A stretch of 63,858 nt of DNA, counting the filler, from an uncultured Methanosarcinales archaeon (lineage in GTDB: Archaea; Nanobdellota; Nanobdellia; Woesearchaeales; CAZKBD01), in assembly GCA_964550945.1 (NCBI GenBank). It is 8 parts of 8 records of this genome, joined end to end, with 100 filler letters (N's around TTAATTAATTAA, not from the genome) between each part and the next. Parts side by side here need not be neighbours in the genome. Positions count along the whole stretch, not along the records: positions 27,598 to 36,528 come from CAZKBD010000078.1; positions 36,629 to 45,373 come from CAZKBD010000079.1; 6 more parts are not named here. One strand, written 5' to 3'. Below the pieces are notes generated by a model, which was given only the letters and a program-made list of their open reading frames with translations, made no database searches and was not told where the DNA came from. Made by a program: the position numbers and the translations under genes. Shown here piece after piece: positions 30,298 through 39,900 of the stretch (position 1 is the first letter of the stretch; every line of letters starts with the position of its first letter).

Positions 30298-30823
30298 AAA
30301 ATGGCTTAGAGAGAATAATGCAATAGACGCTGTTCTCTTTGGTTCATATGTTAGAAGCAAAGATAATCCTAAAGATATAGACATATGCTTAATAATCCCT
30401 GATGCTAAGGAAAAAGAATCGATTGACCTGCTCAGCTCATTTAAACAAATTTTTCAGAAAGAAAACATCCATGTAACAATATTGACTGAGAAAGAGTTTA
30501 TTATAAGCGGCAATCCATTAGTGAAGACTCTCCTTAATGAGGGGGTTTCCATCACAAAAAATGAATCGTTATCAAAAATATATGGATTTGAGAATCAAAC
30601 CCTTTTTACATATTCATTAAACGGATTTAAGCCGTCAGATAGGGTGAGATTCCATTATGCATTGAGGGGCAGAAGAGGAACTAAAGGCGTCCTATCCGAG
30701 GCAAAAGCAAAAATGCTTGGTGGAGGTATTATCGCTGTATCCACCAATAAAGAAGATTTGATCAAGAGCGTATTTGATATGTGGGGTGTTAAGTACAAAA
30801 CCAATAGGATTCTTTCTGGTTGA
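30269..30823 (+). CDS. Minimal nucleotidyltransferase (MNT) with an extra C-terminal domain
   Basis: LFGSYVR...KDIDIC; C-terminal FTYSL...RFHYALRGR. Confidence 0.85.
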   Translation: MQKNTFSKIKKWLRENNAIDAVLFGSYVRSKDNPKDIDICLIIPDAKEKESIDLLSSFKQIFQKENIHVTILTEKEFIISGNPLVKTLLNEGVSITKNESLSKIYGFENQTLFTYSLNGFKPSDRVRFHYALRGRRGTKGVLSEAKAKMLGGGIIAVSTNKEDLIKSVFDMWGVKYKTNRILSG

Positions 30824-30889
30824 TATTATTCACCAAAATTGGTTATTTTTAGTTAATGGTTAATATTATTAACTAACTGCATTTAACAA

Positions 30890-31510
30890 CTATGCTCGCT
30901 TATCCTCTTTTTTCCTATACTTGATCAAATCCGCTATTGTAACTATGCCTAATTTATGCTTCTCACAGAAATCCATCAATTCTTCAAGCTTTGCCATTGT
31001 TCCATCTTCATTCATTATCTCAGCAATGACAGCAGCAGGATACAAATCAGCTAATTTGCATAAGTCAACAGCAGCTTCAGTATGTCCAGCTCTTCCCAAA
31101 ACGCCTTGTTCATTCGCTCTTAACGGAAAGATATGCCCGGGCATTGCCAAATCTTTTGGCTTTGTCTCAGGATCTATCAATTTTCTTATTGTAGCAACCC
31201 TGTCAAATACAGAAACCCCTGTTGTTGTTTCTTTTTTTGCGTCAACAGAAACTGTAAAAGGAGTATTGAACTTATCAGAACTGTGAGCAGCCATTAAAGG
31301 AATCTCCAGCGCATCTAATCTTTTGCCATCAACAGGCACGCATAATATCCCTCTGCCCTTGTTTATCATCCAATTAAGTCTAGAAGGAGTTATTTTCTCA
31401 GCAGCTATAACTAAATCACCTTCATTCTCTCTGCTCTCATCATCAATCATAACAATAAAGTTGCCCTTCTGCAGCTCCTTTATTGCATGTTCTATTTTTA
31501 GGAATATCAT
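30890..31510 (-). CDS. ribB: 3,4-dihydroxy-2-butanone-4-phosphate synthase
   Basis: DDESRENEGD, FTVSVDA, PGHIFPL, RAGHTEAAVDL. Confidence 0.96.
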   Translation of the reverse strand: MIFLKIEHAIKELQKGNFIVMIDDESRENEGDLVIAAEKITPSRLNWMINKGRGILCVPVDGKRLDALEIPLMAAHSSDKFNTPFTVSVDAKKETTTGVSVFDRVATIRKLIDPETKPKDLAMPGHIFPLRANEQGVLGRAGHTEAAVDLCKLADLYPAAVIAEIMNEDGTMAKLEELMDFCEKHKLGIVTIADLIKYRKKEDKRA

Positions 31511-31549
31511 TCTATCAAAGAAATACGTTTGTTTTATAAATATTTTTAT

Positions 31550-32620
31550 TTAAAGATAGCCTTCAACTAATATATCCTTACCGATCTTTCTAGTAGACAT
31601 ATTTTTTAAATTAATTTTCTTATCCACTTTTTTGATGCCTAAATCTCCAACTGCTCCTAACCCCTCTCCAATAAATCCAGGTGCTATGAAAAAAAGAACC
31701 TTGTCAACAATGCCTGACCTTATTGCATCTGCATTGAGCTCTGCTCCGCCCTCAATCATAAGAGAGGTTATCTCTAATCTTCCAAGCTCCTGCATTAGCT
31801 TTTCAAGATCTATCTTGCCTTTCTTTAAAGGCGCAATCAATACCTTAACGCCCTTTTGCTGAAACTGTTTAATCTTGGTTTTTGGAGCTTTTTTTGAAGT
31901 GGCTATTATTGCCTTAGTAGGGTTCTTAAGAACATTTGCCTTTGGGGGTATCCTTAATTTGCTGTCCACTATCACCTTAATCGGCTCAGGCCCGCTTACA
32001 AGCCTTGGAGTTAATTGGGGGTTGTCCTTTAATACAGTGTTTATGCCAACCATCACAGCATCCAGCTCAGCCCTTAATTGATGCACAAGCTTTCTTGCTT
32101 CCCCTCCAGTGATATACTTTGAGTCTCCTGTCCTTGTCGCTATCTTGCCATCAAGGCTCATCGCAGCCTTTACAATCACAAATGGCAGCTTTGTTTTGAT
32201 CCATTTTATATAAGGCTCATTGAGCTTTTTGCACTCCTTTTCTAAAATGCCTATCTTAGTTTTTAATCCCCTAAATTTTAGTTCTTTATATCCTTCAATT
32301 ATAGGATTCGGGTCCTTCATACCTATAATAACCTCCCTAATGCCTGATTCAATTATCTTTTCAGTGCAAGGCGGTGTTTTACCCCAATGAGAACAAGGCT
32401 CTAGTGTTACATATAAAGTTCCGCCCATAGCCTTTTTGCCAGCATCCTTTATAGCAATGACCTCAGCATGGTCGCAGCCGCATTTCTTATGATACCCTTT
32501 TCCTACAATCTGGCCGCGTTTAACTACAAGCGCTCCAACCAATGGGTTAGGACTAGTATATCCTTTCCCCTTTTCAGCTAACTTTATAGCCAACTCAATA
32601 TATTTCTTGTGAGACCTCAA
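31550..32620 (-). CDS. ribD: Bifunctional riboflavin deaminase/reductase
   Basis: PNPLVGA, HAE, TLEPCSHWGKTPPC, SLDGKIA, IEGGA. Confidence 0.96.
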   Translation of the reverse strand: MRSHKKYIELAIKLAEKGKGYTSPNPLVGALVVKRGQIVGKGYHKKCGCDHAEVIAIKDAGKKAMGGTLYVTLEPCSHWGKTPPCTEKIIESGIREVIIGMKDPNPIIEGYKELKFRGLKTKIGILEKECKKLNEPYIKWIKTKLPFVIVKAAMSLDGKIATRTGDSKYITGGEARKLVHQLRAELDAVMVGINTVLKDNPQLTPRLVSGPEPIKVIVDSKLRIPPKANVLKNPTKAIIATSKKAPKTKIKQFQQKGVKVLIAPLKKGKIDLEKLMQELGRLEITSLMIEGGAELNADAIRSGIVDKVLFFIAPGFIGEGLGAVGDLGIKKVDKKINLKNMSTRKIGKDILVEGYL

Positions 32621-32702
32621 AAAACCACCCTTTTAATGGTTAATAGCTAGGTTGTATATAAAGGCTTATTGTTATCGAGAAGTCATTAAAACAGCTAAGC
32701 AA

Positions 32703-33917
32703 CTAATTCGATCTTTTAGCGCTGGCTTTTAATCTCAAAGCATTCAGCTTAATAAATCCAATTGCGTCCTTCTGGTCATAGCTTCCTAATTTATCCATGC
32801 TGGCTATTGATTTATCATACAGGCTTTCTTTTGATTCCCTTCCTTTAATTATAACATTCCCTTTATATAAACTGATTTTTACTACTCCAGATACATGCTC
32901 CTGCGACTTATCAATCATCGTTTTCAATAATCCCAACTCAGGGCTGTACCAAAAGCCGTTGTAAATTAGAGAAGCAAATTTAGGGATTAGGCTATCACGT
33001 ATCTGTTTCACTTCTCTGTCCATTGTAACCCCCTCAATATCTAGATGAGCATGCATCAAAATTGTACCAGCAGGTGTTTCATACACTCCTCTTGATTTCA
33101 TTCCAACAAAGCGGTTTTCAACCATATCAACCCTTCCAACACCATTCTCACCGCCAACTTTATTCAGATAACTAAATAACTCTAAAGAACCTGTTTTTGT
33201 TTGCTTATTTGTTTCATCAATAACCTTAACTGGAATGCCCTCTTTAAATTCAATCGCAATCTTAATTTCTTTATCTGGGGCTTTTTGCGGGGAAACAGTG
33301 ATTTTGAACATATCCTCCTTTGGCTCATAGCTTGGATCCTCTAAAACCCCAGCTTCATAACTAATGTGCATTATATTGGCATCAGAACTGTAAGGCTTGT
33401 CTTTAGTCTGCTCAATAGGAATATTGTGCTTTTTAGAATAGTTTATCATATCAGTCCTTCCCTTGAACTGGTCTAGGAACTCCTGAGTCTTCCATGGAGC
33501 AATTATCTCAACATCAGGCATTAGGGTATAATATGTTAGCTCAAACCTGACCTGGTCATTGCCTTTGCCAGTAGCGCCATGGCTGACAATATTGGTTTTT
33601 TCCTTTTTTGCGATTTCAATCTGCTTTTTTGCGATTAATGGCCTTGCTAAAGAAGTTCCCATCAAATATTTGCCTTCATAAACAGCATTTGCCTTGATTG
33701 CAGTAAAAATAAAATCTTCAACAAACTCCTTTTTCAAGTCTTCAATATAAACTTTAGAAGCCCCAATCTTGAGCGCTTTCTCTTTAGCTGCTTTAAAATC
33801 ATCACCTTGGCCTAGATCAGCAAGAAAGCAAACTACATCATAGCCTTTGTCAATCAGCCATTTAAGTATCACAGATGTGTCTAATCCTCCTGAATAAGCT
33901 AAAATTACCTTTTTCAT
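32703..33917 (-). CDS. argG: Argininosuccinate synthase
   Basis: [31 protein letters not shown]. Confidence 0.97.
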   Translation of the reverse strand: MKKVILAYSGGLDTSVILKWLIDKGYDVVCFLADLGQGDDFKAAKEKALKIGASKVYIEDLKKEFVEDFIFTAIKANAVYEGKYLMGTSLARPLIAKKQIEIAKKEKTNIVSHGATGKGNDQVRFELTYYTLMPDVEIIAPWKTQEFLDQFKGRTDMINYSKKHNIPIEQTKDKPYSSDANIMHISYEAGVLEDPSYEPKEDMFKITVSPQKAPDKEIKIAIEFKEGIPVKVIDETNKQTKTGSLELFSYLNKVGGENGVGRVDMVENRFVGMKSRGVYETPAGTILMHAHLDIEGVTMDREVKQIRDSLIPKFASLIYNGFWYSPELGLLKTMIDKSQEHVSGVVKISLYKGNVIIKGRESKESLYDKSIASMDKLGSYDQKDAIGFIKLNALRLKASAKRSN

Positions 33918-34034
33918 GGAAATAAGGTTAAGACTATTTATTTATAAATTTATTGCCTAGTATAAAATAAGATTAGACATTAGTGTCTATTTTTGGACAT
34001 TACTTTTTGTCTACTTATCTGTCTGTTACCTATT

Positions 34035-34131
34035 TGTTAAATAATTTAACGGAAAGTGGAAAGTTCAAATTATCTGTTAACTTATTTAACATAGAAAGCT
34101 TTATATACAAGTTGTGTTAAATAGTTTAACA
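34035..34131 (+). promoter_or_regulatory. Promoter of HEPN-MNT module 2 with three TGTTAA-N5-TTAAC(A/G) palindromes at 40-bp spacing
   Basis: Sites at 34035, 34075 and 34115; TATA tttatata between the last two; ATG at 34133. Confidence 0.75.
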
Positions 34132-34132
34132 T

Positions 34133-34480
34133 ATGGCTAAAATTGTAATATCCCGGGAGTTCTTTCAAAGCGGAGAGGATAACCTTCATAAGAAAAGGTT
34201 TAATGCAGCTACAGATTCTTACTTCAAAGCTTTAGTTACGCTTTGTGACTATAATCTGGAAACCAACCAGGGAATTGCCCCAAAAAATCATAACGAGCGC
34301 TTTGATCTTCTCAAAATCAACTACCCTTTTGCTTTTTCAGTCGTCTCTGAATTATTTTCAAGATATAGAAAAACATACAATCAAATGGCAGATGAAGATG
34401 ATGCAAAAACAGTCAAGAAAAAGCTCAAAGAACTTATTAGGCATTTCAATCTTGAAAAAGATTTCAAAGAAGTTTTATGA
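34133..34480 (+). CDS. HEPN-domain protein (paralog of 29959-30297)
   Basis: YFKALVTLCD...KNHNERFDLLK aligns with the paralog. Confidence 0.75.
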   Translation: MAKIVISREFFQSGEDNLHKKRFNAATDSYFKALVTLCDYNLETNQGIAPKNHNERFDLLKINYPFAFSVVSELFSRYRKTYNQMADEDDAKTVKKKLKELIRHFNLEKDFKEVL

Positions 34481-34985
34481 GCAAAACAAAGATAGAATTT
34501 TGGATGTAATCATATTTGGATCATTTATCAAAGGGGGCATAAGCCCTAAAGATATTGATATTTCTATTATTACTAAAACTACTAAACAGTCTTCTGAGAA
34601 GATTGCCAAGGAATTCGAGAGCGATCTAAGCACTGATTTTCATGTAACTTACCATATAATTGAGGATCTTTTTTCAAAAGACGAGCCAATCTGGACTAGT
34701 TTACTGCATGAAGGGTTTAGTTTAGTTTTTGACAAGAAATTGCTTCCCTTAAAATCAAAAGTGCTTTTTACATATAACTCCTCTTCGCTCGAGTATACTG
34801 ACAAGATTAGGTTCTATTATGCATTAAAGGGAAGGGACGGAAAAAGCGGTATTCTAGCTGAAACCAAAACAGAATTCCTTTCTAAAGGGGTATTGATAGC
34901 AGATGTTAATCAGGAAAGCGAGATAATTACATTTCTGATGAATTGGAATTTACCTTTTAAGAAGAAGAGGATATTAATCGAGTAG
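34452..34985 (+). CDS. MNT with an extra C-terminal domain (paralog of 30269-30823); start uncertain
   Basis: IFGSFIKG...KDIDIS; FTYNS...RFYYALKGR. Confidence 0.82.
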   Translation: MKKISKKFYEQNKDRILDVIIFGSFIKGGISPKDIDISIITKTTKQSSEKIAKEFESDLSTDFHVTYHIIEDLFSKDEPIWTSLLHEGFSLVFDKKLLPLKSKVLFTYNSSSLEYTDKIRFYYALKGRDGKSGILAETKTEFLSKGVLIADVNQESEIITFLMNWNLPFKKKRILIE

Positions 34986-35229
34986 ATTTTGTCCCTATGA
35001 TGGCAACACGATTAGAATCAGCTATCTCTAATGTTATTTACCCCAAATAAACTAGACATTAATGTCCCTTTTTGGACATTATTCCCTTTCTTATCGTCAA
35101 TCCGTTCACAATCAGAAGCCATAATCTTCATAGAATTGCTTAGATTGGATGTTGCAGAAAAAACAATTACTGGAGTTAAAAAAATAAAAAAAGGAAATGG
35201 TTTCATACACTATATTTGTCTTATAATCT

Positions 35230-36174
35230 TCAAATACACGCACCATTTGAGCAAACTTTGTTAAACATAGCGTTACAATATACATAAACTCCAGTTAGTT
35301 GTCCATTCAAGCAGTAACGTTCTGCCAACTTTGTTTGATCCATACATTCATCAACATCATTACGGGTTGAATCAGCCACTGTTCCATATTCAAATGGATA
35401 AATTCCACCATCAGAATCTGTACATCCACTAGATGGTAATGGTTGTAATATAAAACTCAATTGTTTGGTTTCTCCGGGATTTATGCTAAACTCACTGGTG
35501 ATTTCTATATGTCCTGATCGGTTTAGGTTTAATATATATTTTCCTGGATTAAGGGTTATAATATCTCGGAAAGTTTCGCCCCACATTGATGCAAATTCCT
35601 CATCAATAGGATGTATACTAAATACTGCATCAGGTGCTGAGATAATTTTTAGTGTTCCTGGATATGTATTATATGTATACTCGCTTACTTGGGAATATTT
35701 TATACTAGGATTTTTAATCGGATTAGGAATTATTTGACCAGCACTATCCAACTTTAAAATCACCGCTTTAGACCATTGATACTTTGTAAGGTAAGATGTT
35801 CCATAAATCTTAGATAAAGTAAGATAAGGGGTTGTTTGAAGTGTACCCTCCAGATTATATAAGAATATTTTATATTTTCCTGAATTGTAATCAGATGAAG
35901 GAATCCTATAATCAAATCTTCCATAGCCATTCCCCCCTGTAGAAAGGGAATAATTTAAAGTTGATGTGTAAACGCTTATCGCTTGCCCAGCCAAATCCTC
36001 TCCATCACCAACTTCAACAATGCCTTCATCAAAAGATGATTGCGTAGGAATATTAACGCTATTTCCTTTCCCCATAAACATAAAAACAATCCCAACAACA
36101 GCGACAATCGCAACAATAGAAATTATAGCAAGCGCATGATGCTTGTCATGATTTTTCTCTTTTGATCTTTCCAT
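35230..36174 (-). CDS. Membrane-anchored protein with a PEGA-like domain and Cys-rich C-terminus
   Basis: N-terminal TM; GTLKIISAPDA...LNPGKY...INPGET; CTDSDGG Cys motif. Confidence 0.75.
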   Translation of the reverse strand: MERSKEKNHDKHHALAIISIVAIVAVVGIVFMFMGKGNSVNIPTQSSFDEGIVEVGDGEDLAGQAISVYTSTLNYSLSTGGNGYGRFDYRIPSSDYNSGKYKIFLYNLEGTLQTTPYLTLSKIYGTSYLTKYQWSKAVILKLDSAGQIIPNPIKNPSIKYSQVSEYTYNTYPGTLKIISAPDAVFSIHPIDEEFASMWGETFRDIITLNPGKYILNLNRSGHIEITSEFSINPGETKQLSFILQPLPSSGCTDSDGGIYPFEYGTVADSTRNDVDECMDQTKLAERYCLNGQLTGVYVYCNAMFNKVCSNGACI

Positions 36175-36354
36175 TTAAATGCACCTCTTGGTTATAATTT
36201 AATGTTTATTTATATACTATTGTCTTTGGTTTATATGTATAGTGGTGATGGAACTTGTATGTTATAACATATAGTTTATACTACAATTTATTCTTCGGCA
36301 GATTGCTATTGCAACATTTTAGATGTCAATGTCAAGAACGTGCATGGCGTAAAA

Positions 36355-36470
36355 TCATTTCTCTAATATAACCCTAAGTTTAGATATAAACTTTCTTGCG
36401 GCTTCAAATATCTCTTTAACCCTCCTTTCAGTATACACCTTTGTCGCGCTATACCTGCTAATAGAGCTTT
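36355..36470 (-). pseudogene. Probable 3' remnant of a HEPN gene
   Basis: Manual translation SRYSATKVYTERRVKEIFEAARKFISKLRVILEK* resembles HEPN C-terminal helices; no start codon. Confidence 0.4.
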
Positions 36471-36473
36471 CTA

Positions 36474-36528
36474 TGTTAAATAATTTAACGGAAAGTGGAA
36501 AGTTCAAATTATCTGTTAACTTATTTAA
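36474..36528 (+). repeat. 55-bp exact direct repeat of 34035-34089 at the contig end
   Basis: Direct comparison. Confidence 0.92.
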
Positions 36529-36628
36529 NNNNNNNNNNNNNNNNNNNNNNNNNNNNNNNNNNNNNNNNNNNNTTAATTAATTAANNNNNNNNNNNNNNNN
36601 NNNNNNNNNNNNNNNNNNNNNNNNNNNN

Positions 36629-36914
36629 TTGCTCCTGTCAATCCAGAGCCATCGCCATAGAAATTTGTTGCATTAACATCTCCTGAAGCAGAAATGTTTA
36701 CTTTATTGCTGACCCATAAATTATTTGAAACATTTAGTGCTCCATTTTCTAGGGTTAGAGGCAGTGCAGAAACTAATGAAATGGGGATTAAGAATAGAGC
36801 TAACGCTAGGCTAAGCTTTAAAATTGAGGCAAAATTGGTCTTTAATGGGGATATCCTGCTTAGAATATATTTTTCTGCAGTGTATTCTTTCTGTTTTTTG
36901 TGTGTTTTTTTCAT
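36629..36914 (-). CDS. Secreted/surface protein (3'-partial)
   Basis: Signal-like TM; VNATNFYGDGSGLTG motif. Confidence 0.65.
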
Positions 36915-36928
36915 TTTTTTATCCTCCT

Positions 36929-39900
36929 TTATGGATTGCCATTCTCAATCAAATTTCCTTTTATGAATATATAACCTGAGTCGTTAACAAAAGCAACTAA
37001 TTCATTTCCATATTTTATCCTGAAATCATTGCTTTGCTCTAAGGAATTTAAAGCGCCTTGATTTTCAAATAAAGTTCCATCAATATACATACCCCCATTA
37101 TTCTCGATTATTAGGACATCTTCACCATTCTCTCTTTTAACAAACAAGCTATCATTAGTTTTCTGATGCGCAGAATTTTGCTCTAATGTTCCTTTTAAGA
37201 CGATACTCCCACCGTTATCAAAATAAGCTACAATATCTGAAGAGTTTTTGATAACGAACGCGTTGTCCATCACATAAAATAACCATATTAGTTGCCTTTC
37301 ATTGATTAAATTGTCTTTCAGCGAGATAGTTGCGTTATGTTTTCCAAGCGTTAGATTGCTGTTTAATGAATAAATCAAAGTTGTTTCATTAATTGTGCAA
37401 TTTTCTGTAACATCTGACCCATCAAATTCTAATGTAATGGAAGTTGTATTAACACCTGCGCCTAAATCAGCATAGTTTACTATAATAGTTGGTGTTTTGT
37501 TCTCACTAGCTGAGTTGTTCAAAGGGATATAACTAATTACAGCAGGGCCTGTTGTATCAATCTTTAATTTGTAATGCGCAGCATTTTCTCCAACATTTCC
37601 AGCATTGTCTTTAGCTATTATGTGGAAATACCATTCGCCGTCAACTAATCCTGTTGTATTTGTAGTATTAGTCTCATTGCTTCCAAACTGCGCTCCTCCA
37701 CCTATATTTGTAATATTAATTGTTGTGTTAGTTGTCCATAAAGACATAATATCTGGGAGTGTATTGTTTGTTTTATCAACAATGTAGTAATAGCCATTTA
37801 TTCCAGAATCATCTGCTGGAGCTGTTAGATTAAAGAGCGGAGTATTTATAGCATACCAACTGTTATTATACGGGTGGCTAGGAGAAGCTACACCAGGAGC
37901 ATCCGGCTCAGATGTATCAATGTAAACAGTTATTGTATTAGACCAGTTGCTGTTTTGATCTAATGCATCATAAGCTTTTACTCTAAATGTATGGCTGCCT
38001 GTTGTTAGATTGGAACTGTGATAGGTTAGATTATAACCTAAATCTATCTCTTGGCCATCCGCATCTATCGTAAAGTTGGTTATGCCGCTTCCTTCATCAC
38101 CAGGATCTGTCCAGCTCAGGTAAGGAGTATTATGCTGTGTCCAGTTATTGCCGCAGTGCCATTCTCTTATTATAGGCGTATTTGGTGGAGATGTATCAAT
38201 GTAAACACTTACATTATTCAAACTGCCTTTGTTACCTGGGTTATCAACAGCCATTACATAAACAGTATGAACTCCTAGGGATTGATGTGGAGTAATGAAA
38301 GATGTGTTCAAACCAATAGATGTAAAGTTTCCATAATCTATCTGATACTCATAATTTGAAATTCCATTAGTATCTGCAACAGAATTCCATGAAATATTAA
38401 ATGTTGTCTGATCTGTCCAGTTTGATGGGGTTGCTGTTAAGTTTAGGGCTTGAGGTGGTGTAATATCAATAGCAAAGAAGGTAGTGTTATACAAGTTATT
38501 CGATTCATTGCTTTCTGCAATATCATTATCTGCATCAAGCTTTATAGTGAGGTTATGATCACCATAAGTTGTGTTGATTGTAAATTGGGTGAGAGTTGTT
38601 TCTGCCTTATTCACAGACATGGTATAATTATCTCTCGAACTTTCATCTATTAAAAGCTCTATTTTGAAATTGTCTGCATCTGTTCCACCATCATTATGAA
38701 CAGTAATGTTTATTGTAAAATTGTTATTCTCTGTTATGTTATTGGGCAGTGCAACATCTGTGAAATCTATAGTTAAATCAGCTTCACTTTGATAAATCTC
38801 AATAATCTCTTTTTTTGAGGCCAATAGATCAGCTGCATCCACAGCAGCTACAGTTACATTATAAACTCCTGCTGTTGGAGCAGTTGTAGTATTTTCGTAT
38901 AAGCCTGTTGTTGTATTATAACTTAATATTACAGTTGTTCCGCTTATTGTCGCATTCACCCCACTAATGTTGATATTATCTGTTACGTTGGCTTTTATAA
39001 GCAGATCAGAAGCTTCATAAACAGAATCAGGCAGGATTATTTCGTTTATTGATGGAGGAGTATTATCTGTAACATAGATTGTTTTGTTTATTTCATTGTT
39101 GGATTCATTAAGTTCTGCGATGTTATTGTCTGCGTCTATTCTTGTAGTTACAGTATGGTTACCATAATCTGCAATCCAGTTAAATTGTACAGTTCTATTA
39201 GCGTCACCCTGAACAGTTATGGTATTATTTGATTGGGAGGTATCATCAATTAATAACTCCACTATAAGGTTAGCTGTTTCATTTATGCCATGATTATGGA
39301 CGTTAACGCTTATTATTACGTTCTCTCCATCTGATGGTGTTAGCGGAGAGAATAATAAATCTTCATTTGTTAAGGCTAGGTCTATAGTTTCTTCATAAAC
39401 AGTTATACTTCTTTGCACTGTAGTTGTTAGACCACCCGAATCTATAACAAGTACTGTCATAGGATATGTCCCTGGTCCAACTTCTTCTGAAGAGCCCCCC
39501 CATAACCCAGAGGTTGAATTATAGCTAAACTGAATAATAGTTGTATTCACTATAGCTATTACACTGCTGATACCTATGTTATCAGTTATATTGAGCTTTA
39601 TAACCAGGCTCCCTCTCTCACTAAAAATATCTAAAACCGAAGGAGGCGTTGCATCTTGCACAAATACTGTTGCATTAGCTTCGTTATTTGTTTCATTATC
39701 TTCAGATACAATACCAGTTGAATCTGCAATAATAGTAATTGTATGGTTGCCAGCGGTTGCATCCCAGTTAAATTGCGTTATATTAGAGCTGTATGCAAGG
39801 ACTGACATTTGGTTTGTTGCTTTGGATACCCCATCAATCTTAAATTCAACATAGAAATCTGTAGCATTTAATCCACCAAAATTATAGATTGTGGCGTTTA

